Counted from the first letter of the stretch, positions 26,416 to 35,581 are shown. The stretch is 49,500 nt of DNA from an uncultured virus (IMG/VR IMGVR_UViG_3300028591_000091) (IMGVR_UViG_3300028591_000091), one strand, 5' to 3'. Notes: generated by a model from the sequence alone, not told the origin. Numbers and translations are program-made.

Positions 26416-28431
26416 CTACTTTTTACTAAATAGTTCAAATCCATTTATTTTCTTTGTTTTATCATTAGGATCAGACATTAGTACCTGTTTCAAATCAAAA
26501 TATTTACCAAGATCTGTTGCTTTTGGGTTAGCAGTTATATTACAAACCTCATATATTTTCTTTAATTTGTTCTTAATATCAGATTTAGCATATCTACAAC
26601 CTTTGCTAAATTGAACATAAATTAAACTACTAAGCTTTTCTTGATCTGCAGACAAATTTTTAATCTCATTTCTAATATAAGTCGTGTTAAATCCTAATTC
26701 TGCACATCTCTTAGGGCCTACCATATTATAGTATTGATCAAACTTTTCAGAGACTTGTTGAGCTATAATGATCTTTTCGTCTTTGGTAAACTCCTCATTC
26801 TCACAAAAATCTCTAAGTCTGTCTGATAGTTGACCATTCTCAGGATTTCTAAGATAATCAATATACTTCTCCAATCTTGATAAAACAACATTACTATCTT
26901 TAAGAATATTAAAAACAATAAATCTATCTTTATAATCTACCTGTTGAATATCATAAGCACGCCTCTCAGATATTTTAACTAGTATGTTAAATACAGGAGT
27001 TAAAACACCATTAACCATATTAACTGATAGATAGTCATCCTTATACTTTGAAAATATAATATCCTTTTTATATTTCTTAATTAGGGCTTCTCTCTCAGAA
27101 ACACTTTTAACACTTTCAATGGCGCTTAACAAACTTATAGTCTCTTTTTCCTTATCAGATATTCTTTTGTCAAATACTTTTTTATCAACTTCTTTTCCAG
27201 ACCCTAAAGTCTTAAAGTAGAACTCGGCGTGATTTTTCCAAGGATTTTCTATTAATCTTTGACGACCTAATATCTGAGGGAGATCAAGACTAATATCCAC
27301 AGCTAATGAATCTATATTAGCATCAGAAAATATAAATGTTTTAGCATTGGTTGAATAGAAATCCGCACCAAGATAGACGGTTCTTGTACAAAAGGTAAAC
27401 ATTTTATGAGGCTCACCTTTTAAAGGAACTTCTCCAATACTATATTTATCACCAATATTCTTTTTCATCTTTGCTCTATTTTGCGGATTATCAGAGCAAA
27501 GAATATTGACTTCTTCTGGTTTTAACCCAGCTTTTTTGATTACTTTAAATATATCTCCTACTGAATTAAGATAGAAAACCGCCTCTTGAGATCTAATAAT
27601 ATTACCATCAATATTTAAAAGAGAATCAAAATTCCCATCTCTATATTTTTTGATAATTGTATTAATATCTCCGATTATAGACTTTGTTTTTCGTATTTTC
27701 AATTCTGGTCTCATAATTCTTGAAGGATCATATTTCTCCCAATTAAACTCATAATAGTCCATCCCTCTGAAATATGGGATCATTGAAAGATAGTCATCTA
27801 TCATAGGAGTAGCACTAACAAAACATATATTATTACGTAATAGTTGTAACTGATTAAAGAAATCAAATTCAGTAGAAGCTTTAAATCTAGAGTCAATAAA
27901 AATCGACTGAAACTCATCTACTACAATTTTGAATTTATCTAATAAGCCTCTATCCTCCAAAAATTCCTTAACATGTTTAAAAGAATCATAGGTAACAATA
28001 ATTTTGCAAGGCTTTCTTTCGTCATAATGTCTTCTATCAATATATTCATAAAGCCTTCTCCTCATTTCATACTTAGCATCTAAGGTATCAGAATCTTTTA
28101 CTTTCTGCTCTTCTTCAGTCAATTCTTTCCCAGATTTACTATCACCATCTACATTAGGATCAAATTCTAATTTATTTTCAGCATAATGAATATCATCGGG
28201 ATGTTGTTGAAGTTTGTTATTCAAGAGCATTTTTCTTGGTGAAGTAAGAACAACGTCTTCATCATTAGTTAAACAATATTCAGTAAATCCACATCCTGGT
28301 ATTTGTTTATCAATAATGTAAGGCTTATCACCAAAGAAATTTAAATTGAATTCTGGCCAATCACTTATATACCTTATGCCTTTTGGAACAGGAATCATCC
28401 TTTTTCCATTTTCTAATTCAATAATTTCCAT
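26416..28431 (-). CDS. SF2 helicase-like protein with degenerate Walker A and shared C-terminal domain
   Basis: IPGCGFT (I), TSPRK (Ia), VTYDSF (Ib), IVVDEFQ (II), VSATP (III), LGADF (V), QILGRQR (VI). Confidence 0.85.
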   Translation of the reverse strand: MEIIELENGKRMIPVPKGIRYISDWPEFNLNFFGDKPYIIDKQIPGCGFTEYCLTNDEDVVLTSPRKMLLNNKLQQHPDDIHYAENKLEFDPNVDGDSKSGKELTEEEQKVKDSDTLDAKYEMRRRLYEYIDRRHYDERKPCKIIVTYDSFKHVKEFLEDRGLLDKFKIVVDEFQSIFIDSRFKASTEFDFFNQLQLLRNNICFVSATPMIDDYLSMIPYFRGMDYYEFNWEKYDPSRIMRPELKIRKTKSIIGDINTIIKKYRDGNFDSLLNIDGNIIRSQEAVFYLNSVGDIFKVIKKAGLKPEEVNILCSDNPQNRAKMKKNIGDKYSIGEVPLKGEPHKMFTFCTRTVYLGADFYSTNAKTFIFSDANIDSLAVDISLDLPQILGRQRLIENPWKNHAEFYFKTLGSGKEVDKKVFDKRISDKEKETISLLSAIESVKSVSEREALIKKYKKDIIFSKYKDDYLSVNMVNGVLTPVFNILVKISERRAYDIQQVDYKDRFIVFNILKDSNVVLSRLEKYIDYLRNPENGQLSDRLRDFCENEEFTKDEKIIIAQQVSEKFDQYYNMVGPKRCAELGFNTTYIRNEIKNLSADQEKLSSLIYVQFSKGCRYAKSDIKNKLKKIYEVCNITANPKATDLGKYFDLKQVLMSDPNDKTKKINGFELFSKK

Positions 28432-28539
28432 AAACTAATAATTATTATTAAATTCAACTCTAATATTCGTCCTGACTTCATAAACTACGTCAGGCCAAAG
28501 GAACCCCTCTTCATTTCATTACGAGGACGTTCCTGCTTT

Positions 28540-28576
28540 CGTATATTAGGTTTTCAAGCGCTTTAGAGCGCATTTT
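28540..28576 (-). promoter_or_regulatory. putative bipartite phage promoter
   Basis: AAAATGCGC-17 nt-CCTAATATACG on the minus strand, followed by hairpin GGAAC..CCTC/GAGG..GTTCC. Confidence 0.7.
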
Positions 28577-28724
28577 ATTAATTTCCTTTAAGATTTTGGT
28601 AATTTACTATATATGAATTAAAAAATAATAACATTTAAGAAACGTTCGCTATTCGCTTACTTAATTGTTTTAGGGTTTTCTTCAATTTATAGAGCAGGAG
28701 TTCGAAACGTTAGTGTAGAACGAT

Positions 28725-28746
28725 CTCGCTCTTCTAGAAGAGCGAG
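28725..28746. repeat. perfect 22-bp palindrome
   Basis: CTCGCTCTTCTAGAAGAGCGAG equals its own reverse complement; lies in a divergent AT-rich intergenic region. Confidence 0.9.
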
Positions 28747-28852
28747 GGTCCCTTAGGCATTTAAAAATAATTGTTTATTACTTTTATTTAATATTTAGGG
28801 ATAGGCAAAATTATTATTAAAAATAATAACTCGCCAAGAAAACCTTATATTT

Positions 28853-29176
28853 GTGAAGATTTGGATATTATCAAAAGGTAATGGTAATAGAATTTTAATT
28901 CAAAGCCAAGAGTTAGGAGAATACTATTATGAGATATCTTATTACTGGCTTTGGTATTCAACAAGTTATTCAGAAGAAAAAGGTCAAAGGATTCTTTTAT
29001 TAAATAAGCGGAGAAGAATAAATTTGAAGAAAATATTGAGGGTAAAAGAAAAGATTGAATTTCCTTTTCTTTGTTATATAAGTTTTCCTCCCAGTTTTAG
29101 TTATTCTTATGTATTTTTAGAAGGGGATAGAATATATTTTCATCAGATTAGAGATGAATTAAAGCGTTGTTTATAA
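28853..29176 (+). CDS. small basic hypothetical protein (GTG start abutting the promoter box)
   Basis: CCTTATATTTG(28843-28853) overlaps the GTG start. Confidence 0.6.
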   Translation: MKIWILSKGNGNRILIQSQELGEYYYEISYYWLWYSTSYSEEKGQRILLLNKRRRINLKKILRVKEKIEFPFLCYISFPPSFSYSYVFLEGDRIYFHQIRDELKRCL

Positions 29177-29227
29177 TTTTGCGTTTTTATTCCTCTTTTT
29201 TCTTTATTTATATATTAAGTAAGATTT

Positions 29228-29959
29228 ATGGATAAGTGTGTAATACGGAATAAAGTAATCTTAGGAGGTATAGGTAAGGGTTCACATTATTATAATCAGC
29301 ATGTATTTTTTCCTCGTAATGAATCTGGGTATCGTGATTTTCGTTATTATCAGCCATCTTCTTGTATATCTAGGGGTTGGTCTGAGAAGGAGTCGAAGAG
29401 AATAGATATTAGGCATCATCGGGAAGGTTCACAGTCAGGATCTTTAATGAATCGTGGTAGAAGTGAGCAAGTGACAATGATGTGGGAAAGACTGAAAGGA
29501 GTAGACTGTTTAAGAGAGTTAATAATTCTCTTGTCGGACGAAGATTTAAGGGTTTATAGGGAGGGATTAATACAGAACGGTTATAGTGAATCTCGTTTAA
29601 AGGATGAGGGTTTACAAAGGCATTGGTATTTGAACTATATATCTGCGGACTTTTATTTCCCAGAGTATAAGATGATTTTTGAGCTTGATTCATCTTATCA
29701 TATTCCAGAGATAGATAAAGCTAGAGATCGGATGTTATTTCAGAGGTATGATCTTAGGACTCATCGATTTTTTAGATATGACCTTAATAGTAGGGAGCAG
29801 GAGTCACAGGTCTTTCAGGTTTTAGGTTCAGGCAGGTTAGATATTCCTCTCTATTTCAACCAGGTAGATTTAATATTAGATCGATGGTTAGAAGAAGTTG
29901 GGGAAGAGGAGGCGGCTAAAATCCTTAATAATGTAAAAAGTAGAGGTTGCAAACTCTAG
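29228..29959 (+). CDS. DUF559/Vsr-like PD-(D/E)xK endonuclease
   Basis: ISADFYFPEYKMIFELDSSYH....DKARDRML...LRTHRF. Confidence 0.75.
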   Translation: MDKCVIRNKVILGGIGKGSHYYNQHVFFPRNESGYRDFRYYQPSSCISRGWSEKESKRIDIRHHREGSQSGSLMNRGRSEQVTMMWERLKGVDCLRELIILLSDEDLRVYREGLIQNGYSESRLKDEGLQRHWYLNYISADFYFPEYKMIFELDSSYHIPEIDKARDRMLFQRYDLRTHRFFRYDLNSREQESQVFQVLGSGRLDIPLYFNQVDLILDRWLEEVGEEEAAKILNNVKSRGCKL

Positions 29960-30062
29960 GGATTATTGCGGTGAGGAGTCGGATAATCTCAAGGAAAGGG
30001 AAAGAAGGAATATATGACTGAGTGCACAGAGGTTTCATATATTGTTCCCTTTCAAATTTTTT
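29934..30062 (+). ncRNA. candidate small RNA (three hairpins between a promoter box and a T tract)
   Basis: CCTTAATAATG at 29923-29933; hairpins TAGAG/CTCTA, GGGATTAT/ATAATCTC and GAAAGGGAA..AATATATGA/TCATATATT..TTCCCTTTC; no ORF. Confidence 0.45.
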
Positions 30063-30227
30063 GCGCTGTTATAAGAAAAGCGGGGAAGATAAAAACGCAG
30101 GAAAAGAATTGTCGGAGACGAGAATAAACCTGCGTAATTTTATTTTGGCCTATCAAATAATTTCGGAACGAGGAGAATAAGTCAGGCCATTTTTCATATG
30201 TCTCCCGCTTAATAATTTCAACAGCGC
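30063..30227. repeat. branched inverted-repeat element (same architecture as 1065..1224)
   Basis: GCGCTGTT(30063)/AACAGCGC(30220); AAGCGGG(30078)/CCCGCTT(30204); ACGCAGG(30095)/CCTGCGT(30129); TGGCCT(30146)/AGGCCA(30184). Confidence 0.85.
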
Positions 30228-30246
30228 GGATAATCCTTATATATAA

Positions 30247-30465
30247 ATGAAAAAGAGAATAAGATATTGGGTAAATAGACTGGATAAACAATTTGTAATA
30301 AAAAATGATTCTATTTTTGGTCGTTATTCAATTATTTCTAATAAAAAATTTAAATTAAGGGATAAAAACCAGTTAATTTATAAACTGAAATTAATTGAAA
30401 TAACTGCTGATGAGTCTTTTTATCTTAGTAAGAAGATTTGGAAAGAGATTTTCATAGATGATTAA
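30247..30465 (+). CDS. small basic hypothetical protein
   Basis: ATG 1 nt after the CCTTATATATA box (30235-30245); SNKKFKL motif. Confidence 0.65.
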   Translation: MKKRIRYWVNRLDKQFVIKNDSIFGRYSIISNKKFKLRDKNQLIYKLKLIEITADESFYLSKKIWKEIFIDD

Positions 30466-30745
30466 GTTTTATAAGAGTAGAATCAGTTCTAGGAGGGTAT
30501 GTATATTAGAAATGGATAGAAAAACAGAAGTATATCGTCTTTCTTTTTATACAATAATACATAGTAATAAAAGGGTTAGAGCAGATTTATATTCAATACA
30601 AAAAAGATGTATACATGAAATCTCAATAATGGATGAAAAATATATAGATAATATAATTGGTGGGGGATCGGGATCTTTCATTTGGATTCAGGTCCCTAAA
30701 GGAGAATGCATCAACCCCAACAGTTATAGAAGATATGGACGTTAA
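30458..30745 (+). CDS. small basic hypothetical protein
   Basis: Coupled to the previous ORF; SNKRVR motif. Confidence 0.65.
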   Translation: MIKFYKSRISSRRVCILEMDRKTEVYRLSFYTIIHSNKRVRADLYSIQKRCIHEISIMDEKYIDNIIGGGSGSFIWIQVPKGECINPNSYRRYGR

Positions 30746-30859
30746 AAATAATATAAGAAAATTTTATTTAGAGTGGAAGGTTCAGGAAATAAACGAAATT
30801 ATAAGCTATGAAAAAGAGTTATCATAGAATTATAATTTAGGTAAAAAATCAATCCATTA

Positions 30860-31090
30860 TTGAACAAAATAATTTACAAAGGAAATAGACTCGTTGGATT
30901 TATTAATAATCTAGGAGTAGTTAGAATATACAGTGTTGGTGGGAATAAAAGAATAGGTCTTTATAAAAATCAACACCGATTATCCAGAAAACTAGAATTT
31001 GTTTCTGTTATATCTGAAAAGTCTTTAAAAGAAGCTGATTGGAAAGTTTTAGAAAGAGAACACGGATTTTTATATCTTAGAAATGAATAA
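30860..31090 (+). CDS. small basic hypothetical protein (paralog of 31083..31316)
   Basis: IIYKG.R.VG.I...GNKR...WKVLEREHGFL; TTG start. Confidence 0.65.
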   Translation: MNKIIYKGNRLVGFINNLGVVRIYSVGGNKRIGLYKNQHRLSRKLEFVSVISEKSLKEADWKVLEREHGFLYLRNE

Positions 31091-31316
31091 TATAAAATTA
31101 GATTCTATTATTTATGCTGGATTAAGAGATATTGGGGTTATAAAAACTTCAGAAGTATTAATATATAGAATAAACGGAAATAAAAGATTTAAATTTAATG
31201 TTCTTAGTCCTAGATTAAAATATATTACTTCAATTCCAAAGTATGTAGGATTAAATTGGAAAAAATTAGATAAGAATCATAAATTTTTGTCAAGTAAAAA
31301 CCTTATAAATAAATGA
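31083..31316 (+). CDS. small basic hypothetical protein (paralog of 30860..31090)
   Basis: IIYAG.R.IG.I...GNKR...WKKLDKNHKFL. Confidence 0.7.
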   Translation: MNNIKLDSIIYAGLRDIGVIKTSEVLIYRINGNKRFKFNVLSPRLKYITSIPKYVGLNWKKLDKNHKFLSSKNLINK

Positions 31317-31603
31317 TAGATTTAAATTTTAAGAGAGTCTTGTATAAGGCTAGAAATATTGTATATTACTACAGTATTGACACACGTCCAAGATCTGTTT
31401 ATCTTCACGTAATAAGAGAGATGAGAAATGAAATGAAAGCTTTATTATCTGAATATGATAGTGAATCTGAACAATATAAAACTCTTCTTTCTATAATACG
31501 TGAATGTCCTCAGAAGATAAAGGAGGATGAGGTAGAGGAATATGTGTTAGGGATTTTAAAACCAACCATAGAGAAATGGATAAAGAGTTGGAAGATAAGA
31601 TAA
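31313..31603 (+). CDS. hypothetical protein
   Basis: 96-aa ORF; ATG 1 nt after the CCTTATAAATA box (31301-31311). Confidence 0.7.
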   Translation: MIDLNFKRVLYKARNIVYYYSIDTRPRSVYLHVIREMRNEMKALLSEYDSESEQYKTLLSIIRECPQKIKEDEVEEYVLGILKPTIEKWIKSWKIR

Positions 31604-31851
31604 AGAAGAATTGGTATGGTATTAACTTCAATCCTATTCTTGATGCTCATGAAGATAGGCGAAAAGCATTAGAGTTTCTTCGTGATAGAATCTTTGCTCT
31701 TGTTTGGTGGTATAATGAGTGTTTATGCGATGATCACCCAGCAAGACAGAGAAAGAATGAAGAGGAAATGAAGCAAATATCTGAAGAGTTATGCTGGCGA
31801 TTTCAAGATTATGAAGCTTTATGTACGATTTTCAAAAAGATTGGGACTTAA
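31576..31851 (+). CDS. hypothetical protein
   Basis: 91-aa ORF. Confidence 0.7.
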   Translation: MDKELEDKIKKNWYGINFNPILDAHEDRRKALEFLRDRIFALVWWYNECLCDDHPARQRKNEEEMKQISEELCWRFQDYEALCTIFKKIGT

Positions 31852-31881
31852 ATTACCAGGATTACGGCTTGGACAAAATAT

Positions 31882-32271
31882 ATGAGTAATAAAGAAAATA
31901 AAAAGCGAAGAAGACTAGAACGTCATATTCGAAATAAAAACAAGGAGATTGCTTATAAAGAAGAGGCTTGGAAGAAAGGAAAATTGATTGAAGAAAATCA
32001 CAACAATGGTCCTTATTCTCTTGAATATTCTTTAGAGTTGGGAGATCGTTTGTGTAGTATAATGAAAGATATCAGATCAAAGATGGAAGAGCAGGAAGAT
32101 AAAGAGACTTATGCTATTTTCAGATTTAGAAGTTATCGGAAAAAGATACAAGATTATATTCTTCATTATAATCCTGGAGCTCCTAAAAATGAAACTTATG
32201 AATTTTTAAAGAGACTTATAGAAACTTACTGGGATTGTCCTAAAGAATTGTGGAAGGAGGTTAACCTATGA
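31882..32271 (+). CDS. hypothetical protein
   Basis: 129-aa ORF. Confidence 0.75.
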   Translation: MSNKENKKRRRLERHIRNKNKEIAYKEEAWKKGKLIEENHNNGPYSLEYSLELGDRLCSIMKDIRSKMEEQEDKETYAIFRFRSYRKKIQDYILHYNPGAPKNETYEFLKRLIETYWDCPKELWKEVNL

Positions 32272-32726
32272 TAAACGATGAAACATTGATTAAAATAGTT
32301 AGGGGTAGGGGTCATAAAAGAACCTGGCCAGAACAAGTGATCTTAATGAAGGAACGGCTTGAATGGGTTCGCCTCGGTTTTCCAGGTATTCGTAATGATC
32401 ACTTATCTTTAATAAAATTTAGTGATCTTAAAATTGGGGATATCTATATTTATGATCAATATTTAGAGAAAGGGTTTGGTTTTGGCGACGAAGCTCCTCT
32501 TATGTTAAAATGGATTAATCAAGATCAAACTGAGATAATAGGAATTGGACAGGGAGATGATAGTATGAGAGATCCAGAGAGATTGAAACTGAGGTGGAAA
32601 GATATAATTCCTGCTCCTCAATTAGATCCAAATGTATTAGTACTTCTTGTCAATCCGAATCCAACACTAAATGGAGGAAGTGCTTATTATTATTTCTTTA
32701 AATCTTATCGTGATCTTAGAAGCTAA
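32268..32726 (+). CDS. hypothetical protein
   Basis: 152-aa ORF with ATGA overlap. Confidence 0.75.
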   Translation: MINDETLIKIVRGRGHKRTWPEQVILMKERLEWVRLGFPGIRNDHLSLIKFSDLKIGDIYIYDQYLEKGFGFGDEAPLMLKWINQDQTEIIGIGQGDDSMRDPERLKLRWKDIIPAPQLDPNVLVLLVNPNPTLNGGSAYYYFFKSYRDLRS

Positions 32727-32728
32727 TT

Positions 32729-33130
32729 ATGAGTATTAATGACGATTATTGTACGTGGTCAAAGTCTAGTTATTCTAGTTTTTTAAATTATTATAGTCCT
32801 GATTATATAACTTTTCCTTATACAGAAGAAGAGAAATTATTAGAATTAAGATGTAAAAAACTTAATAATATTTTGGATGACATAATTCTTGAGTTTTCGG
32901 AATGTGGGTTAAAAAGAGATATTCCAACTTCATTTACATCATATGTTAAAACAACTCTTAGACTTAGAAAAGAGAAGTATGACTTAGTATATGATTGTAT
33001 AAATCATGAATTAAGTTTTGGTGGAGGAAAGTTTATGTCTTTAGGAGATAGAGATTTAATAGAAATTACTAAAGAAGAGAAAGAAATCATTGAGAAAGAT
33101 TTATTGATTTGGATATATGACTGCCTTTAG
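32729..33130 (+). CDS. hypothetical protein
   Basis: 133-aa ORF. Confidence 0.7.
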   Translation: MSINDDYCTWSKSSYSSFLNYYSPDYITFPYTEEEKLLELRCKKLNNILDDIILEFSECGLKRDIPTSFTSYVKTTLRLRKEKYDLVYDCINHELSFGGGKFMSLGDRDLIEITKEEKEIIEKDLLIWIYDCL

Positions 33131-33446
33131 TAGACTCATTGAATTATTAATTGAAGTTGGGTTTGAGAGAAGTAACTCTTATATGTCGGGTAGTTATAGA
33201 GTATCTACAGAATCACTTAGTGTTACTGTTTATCTTGGATGTTATAGCAGTATTACTATTTTTGTTGTTGAACAGCCCAATAGATATAAAGTTTGTTTTT
33301 TCTTTACTTACAGTTTAAGAATAAAAGATTTAATAATGAGTTTTAAAGAATTGGAGGAGATGCTTTTAATTTCAATAATTCGAAATAGTTTTTTAACAGA
33401 GGAAGAAACTACAAAAGCGTATTTGGAGTTGCCGTTTTTACAATGA
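33117..33446 (+). CDS. hypothetical protein
   Basis: 109-aa ORF. Confidence 0.6.
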   Translation: MTAFSRLIELLIEVGFERSNSYMSGSYRVSTESLSVTVYLGCYSSITIFVVEQPNRYKVCFFFTYSLRIKDLIMSFKELEEMLLISIIRNSFLTEEETTKAYLELPFLQ

Positions 33447-33535
33447 AATAGATAAAAAGGATGTTATGAAGGGGGCAATTCCTTATGAGTGAGTGAAACA
33501 TTAAAGTTTCCTCATTCATTAAATTTTTAAATAAG

Positions 33536-33787
33536 ATGAAAGTATTAGATTCTAAAGTTTTGATCAAGCCCAAAAGTGAGGGTTTGGTTGAGAAGATCGG
33601 TAATTTTGAGGTTCCCGTTGGTGCAGGAGAATATGCAGTAGCCGAAGTTGTAGCAGTTGGAGATAAAATTGAAAATGTAAAATCTGGGGATACTGTTTAT
33701 TATTATCCAAACGCCGGAAAGGAATTAACAATTGATGGAGAGAAGTATCGAGTTATTACAAGTTCAGAAGTTTTAGTTGTAGTGTAA
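33536..33787 (+). CDS. groES: co-chaperonin GroES-like
   Basis: MKVLDSKVLIK, AEVVAVG, VKSGDTVYY, IDGEKYRVITSSEVLVVV; directly upstream of groEL, behind promoter box 33481-33491. Confidence 0.9.
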   Translation: MKVLDSKVLIKPKSEGLVEKIGNFEVPVGAGEYAVAEVVAVGDKIENVKSGDTVYYYPNAGKELTIDGEKYRVITSSEVLVVV

Positions 33788-33825
33788 TAGCTTAAGTGTA
33801 TTAAACGAATTAAATCAAAATTAAT

Positions 33826-35448
33826 ATGGCAAACGGAAAAATAATTAAATTTGGTGAAAGTTCTCAAGAAAAAATTATTGAAGGAGTAGAATTGGCAGCG
33901 AATGCTATCGCTCGTACTCTTGGTCCTGCAGGAAGAGGGGTATCTTTGGGTGTAGATTTTGGTGCTCCAGAGATTACTCGTGATGGTGCTTCTGTTGCTA
34001 AATTTATTGCATTCTCAGATCCTATGTTAAATCAGGGAGCTCAGTTGGTTAAAAAAGCTTCATCTCTTACGGAGGATAGCGTGGGAGACGGAACTAGTAA
34101 CACTGCGATCCTGACAAAAGAGCTCTGTAAGAAAGGTCAAAGAGCAATTAAGACTGGAGCAAATGTGAATGAGATCAAATCAGGAATGTTGAAGGCTCAG
34201 AAATGGATGACTCAGTTTATTGCTCAAAATTCTACACAGATTGGGGATGATCTTGAGTTGATTAGAAAGGTTGCTACAATTTCTGCAAATAATGATCCTG
34301 AAGTTGGTGATCTTGTTGTGGAATGTATGAAGAAAGTAGGTATTAATGGAGTCTTAACAGCAGATATGGCTTCTGGTCTTGAAACTGTTATAGATGTTAC
34401 AACTGGTATGAAGCTTGATCGTGGTTGGTCTAGTCCTCAGTATGTAACGGTTCCTGAAGAGAGTACCTGTGTTATGGATGATCCTTATGTTCTCGTAGTA
34501 GGAGAAAAGATTTCATCTGTTTCACAAATTCTGCCAATCATTCAACTTATCATGCCAACCGGTCGTCCATTCTTGATCATTTGTGATGAAATGGATGAAG
34601 TGGTAAATACAACTTTGGTTTTGAATGTACTACAAGGTGCGGTACGTTGTTGTGTAGTAAAGGGTATCGATTTTGGTGATTCTCGAAAGAACATTATGAA
34701 CGATATTGCTGTTGCTACAGGTGCCACTTATATCTGTCCTGAAACGGGTATTGACATCACTCAGGCTACTCTTGAATCTTTAGGAGCAGCACATAAAGTT
34801 GTTGTTTCTAAGGATCACACTATCATTTATGAAGGTGCAGGTAGTCCTAAAGAGATTAATGATGTTGCTGATATTCTTAAGAAACGTTTGGCAGATCCTA
34901 ATATTTCAAATTATGATAAGAGTAAATTTGAAAAGAGACTTGCTAATCTGGTCGGAGGTATAGGTGTTATTAAGGCTGGTGGTGCAACTGAAGCAGAGAA
35001 ACAGAATAGAAAAGCAACAATTCAAGATTCTATTCTTGCCTCTAAATCTGCTATTGATGAAGGCTGTGCTCCCGGGGGTGGTTATATTTACTACATGGGA
35101 TCACTTGAGGCTAAAAACGATAAGGCATTTTGGAAGTCTTTAGAGGGGGATGAAAAGGAAGGTGCTGAAATCGTGTTTAGCAGTCTCCCTGTCATTATGA
35201 AGACTATTGCTGAAAATTCTGGGGTTTCAGGAGATGTAGTTTTGGCAGATATCAAGAAAGAAAAGAAAAAGAAGAATTTTGGTTATAATGCAAAAACTAA
35301 GACTTACTGTGATCTTAGTGAAGCAGGTGTTTTAGATTCTGCTAAAGTTCTTCGTGTAGCATTGGAAAATTCAGTATCAACGGCGTCTATGATTCTTCTT
35401 ATTGATTGTGTTATTGTTGATGAAGAAGATAAAAAAGGCAATGAATAA
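33826..35448 (+). CDS. groEL: chaperonin GroEL
   Basis: TLGPAGR, ITRDGASVAK, VGDGTS, ATISANND, GMKLDRG, DFGDSRK, GVLDSAKVLRVALEN. Confidence 0.97.
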   Translation: MANGKIIKFGESSQEKIIEGVELAANAIARTLGPAGRGVSLGVDFGAPEITRDGASVAKFIAFSDPMLNQGAQLVKKASSLTEDSVGDGTSNTAILTKELCKKGQRAIKTGANVNEIKSGMLKAQKWMTQFIAQNSTQIGDDLELIRKVATISANNDPEVGDLVVECMKKVGINGVLTADMASGLETVIDVTTGMKLDRGWSSPQYVTVPEESTCVMDDPYVLVVGEKISSVSQILPIIQLIMPTGRPFLIICDEMDEVVNTTLVLNVLQGAVRCCVVKGIDFGDSRKNIMNDIAVATGATYICPETGIDITQATLESLGAAHKVVVSKDHTIIYEGAGSPKEINDVADILKKRLADPNISNYDKSKFEKRLANLVGGIGVIKAGGATEAEKQNRKATIQDSILASKSAIDEGCAPGGGYIYYMGSLEAKNDKAFWKSLEGDEKEGAEIVFSSLPVIMKTIAENSGVSGDVVLADIKKEKKKKNFGYNAKTKTYCDLSEAGVLDSAKVLRVALENSVSTASMILLIDCVIVDEEDKKGNE

Positions 35449-35536
35449 AATACCGAGATAGAAAATGAGAGAAGAGGTAGAGGATTGAAAAATATCCCCT
35501 ACTTCTTTGTGTTTAATGGAGTTTTGTTAAATGTGT

Positions 35537-35573
35537 AAAATGCGCTTTAAAAGACCCCAAACCCTAATATGTG
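35537..35573 (+). promoter_or_regulatory. putative bipartite phage promoter
   Basis: AAAATGCGC(35537-35545)-17 nt-CCTAATATGTG(35563-35573). Confidence 0.7.
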
Positions 35574-35581
35574 TAAAACTT

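Noticed and set aside
28690..28750. tRNA suggested by GTTCGAA
   Set aside because: No cloverleaf, acceptor stem or D arm can be built
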